A stretch of 52,174 nucleotides of DNA, taken from assembly GCA_003427395.1 (NCBI GenBank), contig BFEA01000041.1, forward strand, positions 2,545,790 through 2,597,963, read 5' to 3'. Both the position numbers and the translations under genes were made by a program. Each line of letters starts with the position of its first letter. Position 1 is the stretch's first letter. The notes under the pieces are model-generated. The model worked only from the letters and a program-made list of their open reading frames with translations, was not told the origin of the DNA and ran no database searches. Of the stretch, positions 24,380 to 36,670 are shown piece after piece. This stretch comes from Chara braunii. Its lineage: Eukaryota; Plantae; Charophyceae.

Positions 24380-25912
24380 GGGAGTGGAGGGACATGGTTG
24401 GCAACATAGTAGACATTCATCCCGATGGAGAAGTCCTGGTCAGCTGTTTCAAACTGCAAAAAAAACACCATCTGACCAGGAATCAAGGATTCTTCTGACA
24501 GAAGACTGATGGCTCCCACCATCGGTAGTCTTCAGGATGAGACTCCTGAGAGAGAGAGAGAAAATTGGATAGCTTCCCAGCCAAACATCCCAGTCTCCCG
24601 TCTAGCGTGTGACCCAGAGACACTAGTCTGGACAGTACCCAACCCACGGAGAGCCGCCAACCAAAACCACTTGCACTCCTTGACAGTTAAAGCTACCTAC
24701 CCGCTGTTCAGGCCAAAGCTCAACCTACGGGACACAGTGGAATCTTCTTGGATGAGACAGTTGAATGTGGCAAAGGAGGCCTTGAAAGGAATACGTCGGT
24801 TTAAGCATAGCAAAACCAAACCTGCTAAGCTGGTGTCGCTGCAATGGCAGATTGAACACAGGTGCCATCCAACAAACAATTGGTTAATAGACCGCACCCA
24901 CTTAGAACAGAACGGGCTTGCCCTACCGTCGTGCAAGCTCTGCAGCACTGCCTACCCATCAAGGACCCGGAGACCATAGAGCATATCTTTCGGTGTGGCT
25001 CTGGAGGTGGTGGGACTGAATCTGGCGTCAGCTAGGCACCTCCACGCAATGACCATGGGACTGGAAAGCGCTGCTTTGTGAGACCTTGAGCCCTGATCAA
25101 CTGAGCGACTACGAACTCAACATGTTTAAAATAGGGAGGAGAGCAGTTTTGTGGGCCATATGGTGGCGCTGCTGCACAACGGAAATGGAAGGTAGTCGAC
25201 AGGATAGACCGGATTTTATTGACTTAATCAGGCAGCACATTCAGACAGAGATAACAATACAATGGGACTTGACAAAAGAAAAGCTGACATTTCTCAACTC
25301 CAAAAAGATGATCCAAACAACTAGCATCTGAAACTTCAGCGAAGACTGGCTGGGGGGGAAACAAGGGGGCAGAACGGCAACAGCGGTCTGGAAAAGGGGG
25401 AATGGGGAGGAACTGGGGAATGGTGAGGAACAGGAAGTGTTGGTTGGAGATTACTCCCTCTCCTTTCAGGATTGGATTCTCTCTGTCCCCCTGAGACCGC
25501 TCTTTTCCAGATATCTTCCCCCCCTTGGAGCTCTCAATAGTAGGGACGTCATGGCATGGGGGGGAAGGACAGTGAGAGAAAAGAAAGGAAGCTGCCAGTG
25601 CAATGAATTATGGATCTGGCATCTAGAAACTTCCAAGAAAAGATGATTAGACCAGGGATGCGTAGCAGCTGCACAGTTAACCCCCAGGTTCACTGGGGCA
25701 GTCAATGCTGGCAGCCAAAATCATGTCTTGTTCTCAGGTGATTCGTCAATGGAGACAATGTTCTGGGACGCTGGACCTGTTTTCTATCAGGTGCTGCTCC
25801 CCCACAAATAGATGGAGCCTCCTCGAGAAGTGCTAGTGGTGCCTGCTTCTATCAGCACCTGAGCACCGTCCGGGGAAGTTACGGTAAAAAAAAAACAAAA
25901 AACAAAAAAAAA
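24380..25912 (+). mobile_element. 5'-truncated L1/Tx1 LINE (zf-RVT, 3' UTR, motif copy 3, polyA)
   Basis: SLQWQIEHRCHPTNNWL...CKLC and GRRAVLWAIW; motif at 25765; A-tail 25886-25912. Confidence 0.9.
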
Positions 25913-25933
25913 GCCTGGAATGATGTGGAATCT

Positions 25934-25936
<3 letters not shown>

Positions 25937-25967
<31 letters not shown>

Positions 25968-26446
25968 AAACGACCTCGGAGGCAGCTTGAGGTGCTGGTA
26001 GGAGCAGTCACTTCAAGCTGGTCCGGGGGAGGCTCCATCTATTGGTGGGGAGCAGCACCTGCTGGGAAACGGGCCCAGCGTCCCAACTTACAGATATCAC
26101 AGGATTCACAGTAATTATACATATAGGCCGCCTGATGAGGGTGTACAGTCTCTGACGTATGGTGTGTGTGATGTGTATGTTTCGAAGTACATGGTGTGGT
26201 GCTGTCTGTGGCTGCATTTAGCAGCATTGGCAATGCTGTACTGAGTCGTAGTATTTAGCAGCATTTGGCAGTGCTGTATTGAAGCCTATCTTCTGACTTG
26301 TGATGCATGAACTCTGCCTGTAGTGCGTGTGATGTATGTGTTTCTAAGATGTGGTGTGATGCAGTCTGTGGCTGCATTTAGCAGTATTTGGCAATGCCGT
26401 ACTGAGTCCTAGCATTGAGCAGCATTTGGCGGTGCTGTATTGAATC
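25937..26446 (-). mobile_element. retroposed 3' end (motif copy 4) with internal ~161-bp tandem duplication
   Basis: T-run 25937-25965, motif to 26084, repeats at 26166-26283 and 26327-26444. Confidence 0.85.
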
Positions 26447-26447
26447 C

Positions 26448-27430
26448 TTTTTTCTTTTTGTTTTTTTCCTTTTTTTTTATCTATTGGTGGGGAGCAGCAC
26501 CTGCTGGAAACCGGGTCCAGCGTCCCATAATCCTAACTTCTGATGCATAAACACTTTCTCCGCTGGCCGCTCTTCTAATGAGAACAGTAAGGTAGTCAGT
26601 CCCTGGCCGAGGGGGGGGGAGGGGCGAATGGACAGAGAAGGGGGAAGGGGGGGCAAGGGGGAGGGGGATCGGAAGCTGTAGAGTGTAGGGAGGAGGGTAG
26701 TACATTGTTTAAGACAGTAGAGGATGGTCAGTCATAGATGAGGACAAAGTAGGTTGGTTGATGGACGACTTGGAAATGGTGCGTTGGCAGTCTTTCCCAC
26801 AGCCTGTCAGAGAGGAGCCAGGGATGCCATGTGAGGGTGTTATCATCATTGAGACTGCAGAGTCTCTGGTTGAGTCAGTCCATGTCGCCGCAAAGCTGTT
26901 CCCTGGTCTTTGATTTTTCTCAATGTCCGGCTCAGTGACCATCTTATTCTGCAGCTCTTTCCATGCTGCCCGAGTATGAGCTGAGATCGTGTCTATTATG
27001 GTTGACCGAGCTCGCATGAAGCCGTAGCTATGCTGTTTTCTCTCATAGGAACAGTGCATCCTCCAGGCTACCATGAGCACGGTTAGTCTGGAGTATGTGA
27101 AGAGATTAGTCATGAACGGGGTCCATTCCCTGACCTCTGTCAGGGGGCGGGCTACTAGGAGGGTGGGCACTTCCCAGGGGAGGTGGTGATCTGTAAGGTA
27201 GTGCCACGCTGCATCTCACCATCTCCACAGTTGGAGCACCATGGGGCATTCCAGCAACTTGGCAGCGAGCAGTGCTCCAGGGTAGGTCTTCTGTTGGGAA
27301 GTGTGAGGGAGCAGTAAGAGCACAGTAGGGAGAGCAGACCTTTTTCCTCCAGGTCAGTCGATGATGTGATCCAATCCGGGGTAGGCCGACATCTATGTAT
27401 GATTTGCCACTGAAGGGCTCTATGGCTAGT
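26448..27430 (-). mobile_element. 5'-truncated LINE (zf-RVT, motif copy 5, polyA)
   Basis: Minus strand WQIIHRCRPTPDW...CAL...LEHCSLP and RLTVLMVAW; motif 26479-26526; T-run 26448-26478. Confidence 0.85.
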
Positions 27431-29021
27431 CCGACAAATATGTGAGAGGGTGCCAAATCCCGGTGGGGGACGATGGGAAAGGGAGGCACAACTACTGGAA
27501 AAATGCGCGGTCTTTGCATTAGCCGGGGCCCCACCTGCGGCCCCACCCCATCTCTGACTACCTCGTTTGCGAGGCCCTATGCTTGCTGGCGTCCCCTCTA
27601 TATAGTCTTAGGAGTAGTGGTAGGAAGGTAGTGACAGGCAAAAAACAAATGCGCTAGTTTCTCCGAGCCTGCTTTTGCCGACCCTGAATTTAACTGCTCT
27701 CCGAGTTTTGCTGAGCCTGGGTCCAACTCCATTTTCTTTATGGTACTCTCACAGGAAGGGAAAAAAAAGAAGAAAAAAAAAAAAATTGCAGGCGTGAAAC
27801 TCACAAAACAAGAAAACAAAAAAGCTCTGGCCGTGATTGAGGTTGTATACATTCTTGGAAGTGCTAGTGTGAGTGTGCCTCAGTGAGGGCATCTCAGCCC
27901 CGTGGCCAGATTGTCAGATTCCAGAACAGATTCCAAAACAATTGTCAGATTCCAGAACAACCAAACAAGAACAAAAAATCGAAAAAATGGATTCAGCCGT
28001 GAAAATGGCTGGATACATTCCTCTAAGTGGCAGTTTAATCAGGGTTACAATCCTCTGAGCAGATCACGGATTCCGCCCTGCCTGGTTGGCAAGGGACTCA
28101 TAACAAACACACGAAAAATAAAAAAAAAGAAAACAGCAACTTTCAGAATGTGATCGTGTTTGCCGTAAGATGCATTCTGTAGAGAAAGACTGTGAGCACG
28201 GCCTCCTAGACTACCCTGCCCGACATCATTGCAGTACAGAAAGCTTTTTTTCTTTTTCCTTTTCCTTTCACGCGGGGGAAAAAGAAAAGTAAGATTTATG
28301 GAACTCGCCGACCCTGGGTCCCACCCACGAATTCTTCGGGAACTGGCAAAAACTCGCAATTTCCCAACACTGCCAAAAAAAAAAAAAAAGGGGGGGGGGC
28401 ACAGTCACGAAATCAGTTTCTAAATGCATTTCAAACTGCGTTTTAGCAGTCTAGGCAGGGCCCAAGATTCAAATATAGTCGAAACTCCGCTTCGCAGAAA
28501 TGTAGCACCGTGGAGTTTGTAACTGCAGTTGAGTCAGGCACGTGGCTCGGTTTCTTTTTTCTTTTTTTTTCAATCTCGGGCGTGGCCAAGGCATCTCGGC
28601 CGTGGTGCGACCACAGGACAAGATGCTCTTTTTTTCTTTTCTTTGGTTGTTTACAGAATGTGGCCAAGGCATCCTGGCGTGAAACTCAGCAAAACACGGC
28701 AATAGGGAAAAAAAAAAAAGAAGGGGGGGCGGAAAAGCAACAACTCTTCGGAAGTGAAAGCTGCTGGATACAGAACATTGGGCACAGGTGAGAATATGCC
28801 CTTCCAAAGGGCGTTACAGCCCTCAGCACACACGGCTGTACGAGAAAAAAAAGAAGAAAAAACAGCAACAACTCTTTGGACGTAAAACCAGCTGGATACA
28901 GAATCTTGAGTACATGTGAGAGTGCCCCATTGGTTGCAAGTGTCAGTTGTCTGTGGAAAGCGCCCTGCCTCGTGGGCAGGGTACTAAAACTAACTTGAAA
29001 AAAAAAAAAAAAAACAAAAAA

Positions 29022-29994
29022 NNNNNNNNNNNNNNNNNNNNNNNNNNNNNNNNNNNNNNNNNNNNNNNNNNNNNNNNNNNNNNNNNNNNNNNNNNNNNNN
29101 NNNNNNNNNNNNNNNNNNNNNNNNNNNNNNNNNNNNNNNNNNNNNNNNNNNNNNNNNNNNNNNNNNNNNNNNNNNNNNNNNNNNNNNNNNNNNNNNNNNN
29201 NNNNNNNNNNNNNNNNNNNNNNNNNNNNNNNNNNNNNNNNNNNNNNNNNNNNNNNNNNNNNNNNNNNNNNNNNNNNNNNNNNNNNNNNNNNNNNNNNNNN
29301 NNNNNNNNNNNNNNNNNNNNNNNNNNNNNNNNNNNNNNNNNNNNNNNNNNNNNNNNNNNNNNNNNNNNNNNNNNNNNNNNNNNNNNNNNNNNNNNNNNNN
29401 NNNNNNNNNNNNNNNNNNNNNNNNNNNNNNNNNNNNNNNNNNNNNNNNNNNNNNNNNNNNNNNNNNNNNNNNNNNNNNNNNNNNNNNNNNNNNNNNNNNN
29501 NNNNNNNNNNNNNNNNNNNNNNNNNNNNNNNNNNNNNNNNNNNNNNNNNNNNNNNNNNNNNNNNNNNNNNNNNNNNNNNNNNNNNNNNNNNNNNNNNNNN
29601 NNNNNNNNNNNNNNNNNNNNNNNNNNNNNNNNNNNNNNNNNNNNNNNNNNNNNNNNNNNNNNNNNNNNNNNNNNNNNNNNNNNNNNNNNNNNNNNNNNNN
29701 NNNNNNNNNNNNNNNNNNNNNNNNNNNNNNNNNNNNNNNNNNNNNNNNNNNNNNNNNNNNNNNNNNNNNNNNNNNNNNNNNNNNNNNNNNNNNNNNNNNN
29801 NNNNNNNNNNNNNNNNNNNNNNNNNNNNNNNNNNNNNNNNNNNNNNNNNNNNNNNNNNNNNNNNNNNNNNNNNNNNNNNNNNNNNNNNNNNNNNNNNNNN
29901 NNNNNNNNNNNNNNNNNNNNNNNNNNNNNNNNNNNNNNNNNNNNNNNNNNNNNNNNNNNNNNNNNNNNNNNNNNNNNNNNNNNNNNNNNNNNNN
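29022..29994. other. assembly gap (N run)
   Basis: N characters. Confidence 1.
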
Positions 29995-30249
29995 TCTGTC
30001 AGTCTTTCTTCTGTTCTGCCCTCCCTGATTCTTACTAAGTTTTTTTATGTGCCCAACTGAGCACCCTTACGTAGTGCCAAACAGTCGGTGGTTCCTCGTC
30101 TGGAGTGCCTACTGCACTCTTAGGGGGGCCGCTCGGTTCGGAATGTCTGTGTTGCCTGTGGGTGATGACTGGTGCTCGTCGGAGTGACTCCATGGCTCAG
30201 TGGGCGGTGGGAACCAACAGTCTGCGGGGTTCAATTGTGATGTGAGTAG

Positions 30250-30720
30250 GGCATGTGCTGCTTTCCTCCGTGTTGGATGTGTGGACTGCCTCGTCTGTGC
30301 TCTGCGGCTGCCTTTCTGCCTTGCTGCCTGTCCCACTGGCTTCACATGTGGTTCTCTGTAAATTGCTGTGTTTGCTGCGTGGTGTGGCCGTGTTGTTGGT
30401 ATTGCCTTGTGCTTTGCTGCTCCGCTGCCTTGCCGCTCATCCGGTGGACGTGCCTTCCTTGCTGCTTGTGTGCCTTGTTGCTGGTGCCCTGTGCTTCGCT
30501 GCACGGTTGCCGAGCTGCTGGTCCATTTTCCCTGTCATCCCTTGAAGTGTGGCTGCCTTGGACATTGGTTGTGTTGTCGTGTGCTTCACTACATGGTTGT
30601 CGCGCTGCATGTCCTGCGTGCCATGTCGTTCCTTGCAGTCGTTTTTGGCGTTGTGCACCCGTGTTGCCTCTACTGTGTTGCCTGTTGCTCCTGGGTTGTC
30701 GTCCGCTGCTATGTTCCTCA
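30250..30720. repeat. TG/TGC-rich low-complexity degenerate repeat
   Basis: Recurrent tgctgc/tgtgct units; gtgcttc(g/a)ct(g/a)ca(c/t)ggttg occurs twice. Confidence 0.7.
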
Positions 30721-31530
30721 TGAGGATAGTTTGCCTTCAACAAGGGTTAAAGGGTTCATGACCCAAACCATCAAATACGAAGATTCCGCACATTGTCGAG
30801 GGTTCAGTCTCGTGCTGAGTCGGTGCAACTCCTACAAAACAATCTTGTTATCATCAGTTTTATTTTTTTTCGGTCTTTCGTTTTTTTCAGTTTTGCTTGT
30901 TTTATGTGCTTGCGTCGTCTGCCCTCTAGCCTCCTTTGTGCATAGAGCCTCCTGCCATCGCTCTTTGTTGCTGCTTGTTCGCTGATACCTTGTTGTCCTA
31001 TGCCGTTGTGTCACTTGTGTGCCCATCCGCCTCCCCCTTGCCCTCCAGCCTTCGCCCTTTGTTGATGCCACATGCCTTTCTCCATTGCTGTTTTTTTTCT
31101 GCCTTCCCCTAGTTGCGGCATATTGTTTGTTTCAGCTCACGAATTAGTACCCTGGGGCTCCAGTCCTTGCATCTTTTTAGGGAAGTCAGCGAGGTCGTGC
31201 ATACCCAGTCGAATGGAATATTCGCTTGGATCAGGGTGTGATTCGTTCGATGTTTTGATGTTTGTGCTATTGGCATTATTTATGTTGTGTCCACTCGTGG
31301 TCAATAGGTGGTGTTGTTTTCGGCGAATTTTTCATCGAAACTGCCGACTTTCCCTGAATTTTTTGTTTTTTTTTTGTTTTGTTTTTTTGTCTGATATGTA
31401 TAAGCTTTAGGGCAGAGGGGCGCCAGACAACTTTTCCCTTTTTGTTTTCTGGCTCAGCACTATTTAGTTTAAAAAAGGACTGATGAGTAGCTTCGGGCAC
31501 TTTTTCTTCAAGTGTTGCAGGGTAGGACTC

Positions 31531-33238
31531 GACAACGATAGTCAAGTGCAGATGGAAGAGAGACTCTCTAGTGTCTGAGCACAACCTGCGCCACATCCCA
31601 TGGACTACGTACGCCCATATAATGCCCACCTCCCATAGAGCTCTTCAATGGCAGATAACCCATCGGTGCCTTCCGACACCGGACTGGGTAACAAGGAGAT
31701 CAAATTTGGAGCAGAAGGGAGTCCTATCCCCTATTTGCGCCCACTGTGGTCCCGGCACCCAACCACGAAGGGCGGAACTAGAGCATTGCCTCCTCGACTG
31801 CCCAATGGCAAGAAGAGTATGGCAATGGCGGGATGCGATGTGGCACATGCTCAAGGGCGAGGTGTTCCGCTGGGACGTAGTTCTTATTCTACTAGGAAAG
31901 TGCAAGAATACTCCCCCAGCATGGACACCCTTTCAGCGCAACCTGTTTAAACATATGAGGTTGGCGGTCCTTATGGTTATCTGGCGTGAAAGGTGCTCAG
32001 TGGAAAGGCAAGGGCGGTTTTCGGCCTCTATCAAGCCAAGGCAGAATTAGTAGAAATCGTTCATGCTAATTTGGTAAAGGCCAGCAGTAAACTCAGGCAT
32101 GCGTTAATGGCTACAAGGGAGGGGCAGAATAAGAGGAGAGTTGTGGCTGCCTTCTGTGAGCTTTGGCTCGATCCTCAGAGGAAGATGGCAGAGGTGAACG
32201 AGAATGGGATTTTGATTTGGAAAAACTGGGCTGCTCAGGATGACCAGTGGTCATACCGGAGGGCGGAATGCTTCACTACACCTCTACCGGGCCAAACACG
32301 GAACGCGTTGACAGTACTCACTTAGGACGCTGTCCAGGGTCATCACGTACACAATGGGCTAGCTTCCCAGCCTCCACAGGTGGCGCAAGCCCCTCCCCTG
32401 CCCACGCAAATGTCGCCACCAATGCCGTCAGTCTCCCCCCCGGCTACCCCGTCGGCCCCCCCACCCTCGCTGCCCTTGAGCCCTCCCCCTACCACCCCTC
32501 CACCGCCCTCATCCTCCTCTCCACCAACACCCCCTCACCCCCCTCCCTCCCTGCCCAGAACCCATGGTCGGGCCAGCCGAATTCAGTACACATCAGCAGG
32601 TGATCTCACTGAACAAGGATGGGACTGCAACAACTACAAGGCATCTCAAGGATGACACTGGTTCTTCTGGACAACAGCAGCAATGAAGCGGGACATCGGT
32701 TCATACGGACTGCTGGCATGTGGGCAACTGGCTCAGAAGGCTTTGTAGTGCTACCCGCCAAAATCTCTCTTTTGTAGATGAGCCCGACAGCCTGTTGGTG
32801 TCACAAATGCATGCTACCTCCTCTACCTGCACTCATGATACTGGCCATTTCATTACTGACCATAGGCTCTAAGGTAGGTTAGCATCACAGATTACTGTGC
32901 AAATCATGCTGGCAAAACTTCTTTTTCAGCAAGAGAACTCGGTAGCTTACTGGTATCATAACGACNGTCACTACAAATGCATGTTGGTTTTTCTAGCTGT
33001 AGTCGTGGCAATGGGGCATACCACTTCTCACCAAGGGAGGTCTGATAGGCATGCCGCTCAGGCCATTGTGATCACATGAATAAGTACAACATTCAGGGAC
33101 GCTGGACCCGATTTCCAGCAGGTGCTGCTCCCCACCAATAGATGGAGCCTCCCCAGCGGTGCTAGCGGTGTCTGCTCTTACCAGCACCCCTAGCTTCCGC
33201 TTGGCTGTTTTTTGGGGGAAAAAAAAAAGAAAAAAAAA
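31531..33238 (+). mobile_element. 5'-truncated L1/Tx1 LINE with TSD (zf-RVT, motif copy 6, polyA)
   Basis: LQWQITHRCLPTPDW...CAHC...LEHCLLDCP; TSD aggactc at 31524-31530 and 33239-33245; empty-site paralogue at 34352-34550. Confidence 0.93.
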
Positions 33239-33592
33239 AGGACTCTGTACTTTAGCTAATCTCCCGCCATTCCTGATGACACTTGTCCCCACTTATTGTT
33301 CAGTTGGCAGAAACACCGAATTCGGGAAACATTTTGGCGAACTTTGAAAGCTACTTCGAATAGGGTTTTATAGTGCTGTTCATTTTATTTTTTTCCGTTT
33401 TGTTTTGCCTGTTTGTTTTTTTGATGCTTGTATTATGAGCCTGCATAGTTTGTTTGCAAACGTTTCGACGACATTGTTTGTAGTGATGCGGCGAAAAACC
33501 CCGAATTCTGGGCCTTCCATTAACCTCGTGTCGTTGTGTCTTATATAAACGTGGCTCATTGCATCGCGCGGTGCAATGGACTCATCACCACA

Positions 33593-33621
33593 CACATACA
33601 CACACGCACACACGCACGCAT

Positions 33622-33680
<59 letters not shown>
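33593..33680. repeat. (CA)n microsatellite
   Basis: Direct reading; resumes at 34094-34108 after the MITE. Confidence 0.97.
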
Positions 33681-33682
<2 letters not shown>

Positions 33683-34091
33683 GGGTCTCGCTCCACTACT
33701 ATACACTCTCCGAATTTGGAGAGTTCGGCATCGCTCCACTTACTGTACACTATACACGTGCAAAAATAGCTTGGATAACTGTCAGATATCGGTCGGAGAT
33801 TGCACTCTCCGTCGGTGTATAGTTCCCAGCCTGCAAAAGTCGTTACTCGGATACTCCTCAAAGGAAACCACAGACCCGCTGCGTTTTTGTANGGTGAACC
33901 TCAAGTCTGGACGGACAAATTGCTGTCTTCTAGTGCTGTTAGGGTGTTGCGTAGTGAACTCAGGAACTGGAGACTTTGTATAGCAGATAGTAAGTGGAGC
34001 GACGCCGGGTTCTATACATTTTTTCGCGGTCTGACAGCTATACGGCAACTATACGAAATTGTGTATAGCGGACAGTAGTGGAGCGAGACCC
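33683..34091. mobile_element. MITE, possibly PIF/Harbinger-like
   Basis: 18-bp perfect TIR gggtctcgctccactact/agtagtggagcgagaccc, subterminal inverted repeats, AAA on both flanks. Confidence 0.85.
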
Positions 34092-34769
34092 AAACACACA
34101 CACACACCATTACTTTTTGCGGCAGTGCCACAAAAACCACGTGCTTCAAATCCGAATTTTCGGCACAAGGGCATGATGGAAAGATGCATGCGCTCATGAG
34201 GGCACATCACGCAGGGATCGGTGGAATGGGACTGGCCGTCCAGTAAGGGAACCGCGGAAAGCGGCGCCCCTCGCTTGGGCATGCAGGAAAGTTCAAGGCA
34301 CGACACGGTAAGTGGTCCGTCGGAGGGGAGTGACGCAAAAGAATGGAAATTAGAGGGGCGCCAGACAAGTTTTCCCTTTTTGTTTTCTGGCTCAGCATTG
34401 TTTAGTTTAAAAAAGGACTGATGAGTAGCTTCGGGCACTTTTTCTTCAAGTGCTGCAGGGTAGGACTGTGTACTTTAGCTAGTAATCTCCCGCTATCCCT
34501 TCATGGCCTTAAGGTTATTCCTGATGACACTTGTCCTCACTTATTGTTCTGTATTGTATGCTTGCTGGGGATTAGTAACCGGAGTGGCACCGTCACAGAA
34601 TACAAAGAGGGCCTTTTGTCAGGAAAAAAAAAAAAAGAAAAGACTGGCTGAGATCAAGGGTGCAGCCAGCATTTTTTTTTTTCCCCCTTCCCTCTTTTCT
34701 CCTCTCTCTTGTTTCTTTTTTTTTTAAAAGGGCAACGGGCTTGAGATGTCAGCCCCAGGAAATCCTTAA

Positions 34770-35020
34770 ACCACCAGTACGTTTCCCAGCCATTTTTTCA
34801 AAGTCGTGCCTTGCATGCTGCTGCAACTTTCAAGGCTTGGCCTCTGGATCAAAATGACTGGCGGCACCAGCCAATTGCATGCTGCTGCAACTTTCAAGGC
34901 TTGGCCTCTGGATCAAAATGACTGGCGGCACCAGCCAAAAGGAGGCCCACTCCGGTTTCTCATTTTTTGGCGCGCAGGGCATTTCCAGCCCCAGAGAAAA
35001 GTGCTTGAGAAGTACGATTG
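34770..35020. mobile_element. degenerate copy of the TTAA-flanked MITE, with internal ~64-bp tandem duplication
   Basis: ttaa|accaccagtacgtttcccagc; colinear with 36819-37009; duplication at 34812-34938. Confidence 0.7.
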
Positions 35021-35280
35021 CATCTGAATTCGAACTTGGGTCAGTATTTCAACAGTTCATTGGTGTACCAACTGAGCTAGGGCCCTGGTGGGGCAGCCAG
35101 CTTTCATCAGTGAAGGGCACCATTTGTCTGTTTATGTTTGTTTCTGGCATGAATCATCAACAAAGGTAGCAGTTGATCACCCCAACTGCTAGGCTAGTCA
35201 GAGAAAGCCTGCTGACTGAGACTGACAGATCAGATTCTTTTCCTGCTCACAAAATCTCGCTTCATTTTCCTTCTTTTTTT

Positions 35281-35335
35281 TGTGTGTCATCCTTGCACAG
35301 GGGGCCTGCTAATCTTCTCTGGATCATTCCAATTT
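35281..35335 (-). pseudogene. U6: U6 snRNA retropseudogene fragment
   Basis: Minus strand aaattggaatgatccagagaagattagcaggccccctgtgcaaggatgacacaca plus A-run; matches central U6 with the ACAGAGA box mutated. Confidence 0.92.
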
Positions 35336-35366
35336 CCCTGTTTCATTTTTTTTGAACTTTTTTTTT

Positions 35367-35565
35367 AAGGGGTAACTTCAGTAGAGTCACAAAAACGAGT
35401 TGTACTTGCACTATGGGCCAAGATACAGTTAGCAATTGCATTTCGGGCACCCTACCTGGCCAGAAAGCTTGGTCGTATACATTGCCCAGACTGCAATTCT
35501 AAACTGTATCTTGGCCCATAGGGCAATCATAACTCATTTTTGTGACTCCCTCCTAGTTTCCCCTT
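35367..35565. mobile_element. foldback MITE with ~90-bp imperfect TIRs
   Basis: gagtcacaaaaa/tttttgtgactc and ctatgggccaagatacagtt/aactgtatcttggcccatag are inverted pairs. Confidence 0.85.
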
Positions 35566-35664
35566 TTTTTTTATATGAGAAGGCCCTTTTTTTGGAAGCC
35601 CTGCATCCCAGCAGTGGTGAGGGAACCACTGGGATTGAGGTCTTAGCTATCGGGCTTCTGCATG

Positions 35665-35704
35665 TATTGGTGGGGTGAGGCACCTGCTGGAAACCACAGC
35701 GTCC
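35665..35704 (-). repeat. 3'-tail motif copy 7, degenerate
   Basis: tattggtggggtgaggcacctgctggaaaccacagcgtcc. Confidence 0.75.
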
Positions 35705-35799
35705 TTCAGATATAACATTTGCATACAGTGTAAGCTGTTCCATTTGGTTCGTGGGGCCACAGCCTTAACTTTTCCTGTCGTCGAGCTCACATTTCCCTC

Positions 35800-35846
35800 G
35801 TTTGTTTGTTTGTTTGTTTGTTTGTTTGTTTGTTTGTTTGTTTGTT
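35800..35846. repeat. (GTTT)n microsatellite
   Basis: Direct reading. Confidence 0.97.
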
Positions 35847-36299
35847 TTTTCTTTTTACATTTCCCTCGTTTTCTAGTTCATCGGTCAGCTTCAATTTCCT
35901 TTTGACTGCTGACAGCTTCTTAGAGCAGATGAACGACATGTCATCATCCTGGCCAATTCGGTTGGGATACGGGTGGCGTCAGGAATAGCAGGCAGCCACA
36001 TTAATGAGGGCAAAGGAAATTAGCAGCCAGAGGTCTGCACTTTGCCCGGTTGCGTTTTGTCGCTTGTGGGGCTTTCTGTTTCGGGTAATGTTGTGTCCGA
36101 CTCGCCATTTATAGGGAATTCGGGGTCATTTCGGGGTTGAGCGAAAGAAAAGAAGGGTATGGTTGCGTACAGGTATAAGAGTGGTCGTTCAAGCGGTAGC
36201 TGCAGGTCTTTAGGACGGGCGACCGACACAGGTCGTTCTGGCGTTGTGGCAGGCAGCATCCCTGAATTCCTCTTCGGGAGGAAGGGCGCACCCAATCGG

Positions 36300-36575
36300 A
36301 GGGAGGCAGGGACAGAATGGGAGGGGCTTGTGGGGTCTGTTCTGTTTGTTGTTTCCCTTTCCAGTTTTTTTTTTTTTTCTGGTCAATGCTGACAGAAGGC
36401 TCCCATTCCCTGAGTAACTGTCTGAGTAACTATCTGAACACCAATCTGATGTAAGAACTGTTTTGCAGCAAGATGTATCAATGGGACGCTGGACCCGGTT
36501 TCCAGCAGGTGCTGCTCCCCACCAATAGATGGAGCCTCCCCGAGTGTTTTCAAAAAAAAAAAAAAAAAAAAAAAA
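36300..36575 (+). mobile_element. LINE 3' end (motif copy 8 from 36483, polyA)
   Basis: Near-consensus motif, A-tail 36552-36575, upstream gtcaatgctgacag sub-motif; 5' boundary uncertain. Confidence 0.85.
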
Positions 36576-36600
36576 GAGATAGTGGCAACTTCCCACTGGC

Positions 36601-36670
36601 TACCTGGTTGATCCTGCCAGTAGTCATATGCTTGTCTCAAATACGAAGCCATGCATGTGTAAGTGTGACA
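36601..36670 (+). pseudogene. 18S rRNA 5'-end fragment
   Basis: tacctggttgatcctgccagtagtcatatgcttgtctcaaa...aagccatgcatgtgtaagt is the start of SSU rRNA; flanked by ttcccactg direct repeats. Confidence 0.95.

Noticed and set aside
26131-26190. CTGATGAG as a hammerhead core
   Set aside because: No stem II/GAAA arrangement follows.
28947-30038. 363-aa ORF
   Set aside because: Artefact of the N gap.
30253-30985. Cys-rich ORFs
   Set aside because: Translation of TG/TGC low-complexity sequence, open in several frames.
31479-31505. CTGATGA plus hairpin (also 34418) as a hammerhead or C/D snoRNA
   Set aside because: No GAAA or closing stems; no convincing terminal stem or guide.
33380-33983. HT/CV-repeat ORFs
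   Set aside because: Products of the (CA)n microsatellite.
36518-36528. CCCACCAATAG in the tail motif matching 28S rRNA
   Set aside because: Only 11 nt and the flanks do not align.
36483-36540. Tail motif as an HDV-like, twister or pistol ribozyme or tRNA-derived SINE head
   Set aside because: Required core nucleotides, nested pseudoknot topology and A/B boxes not found by eye.
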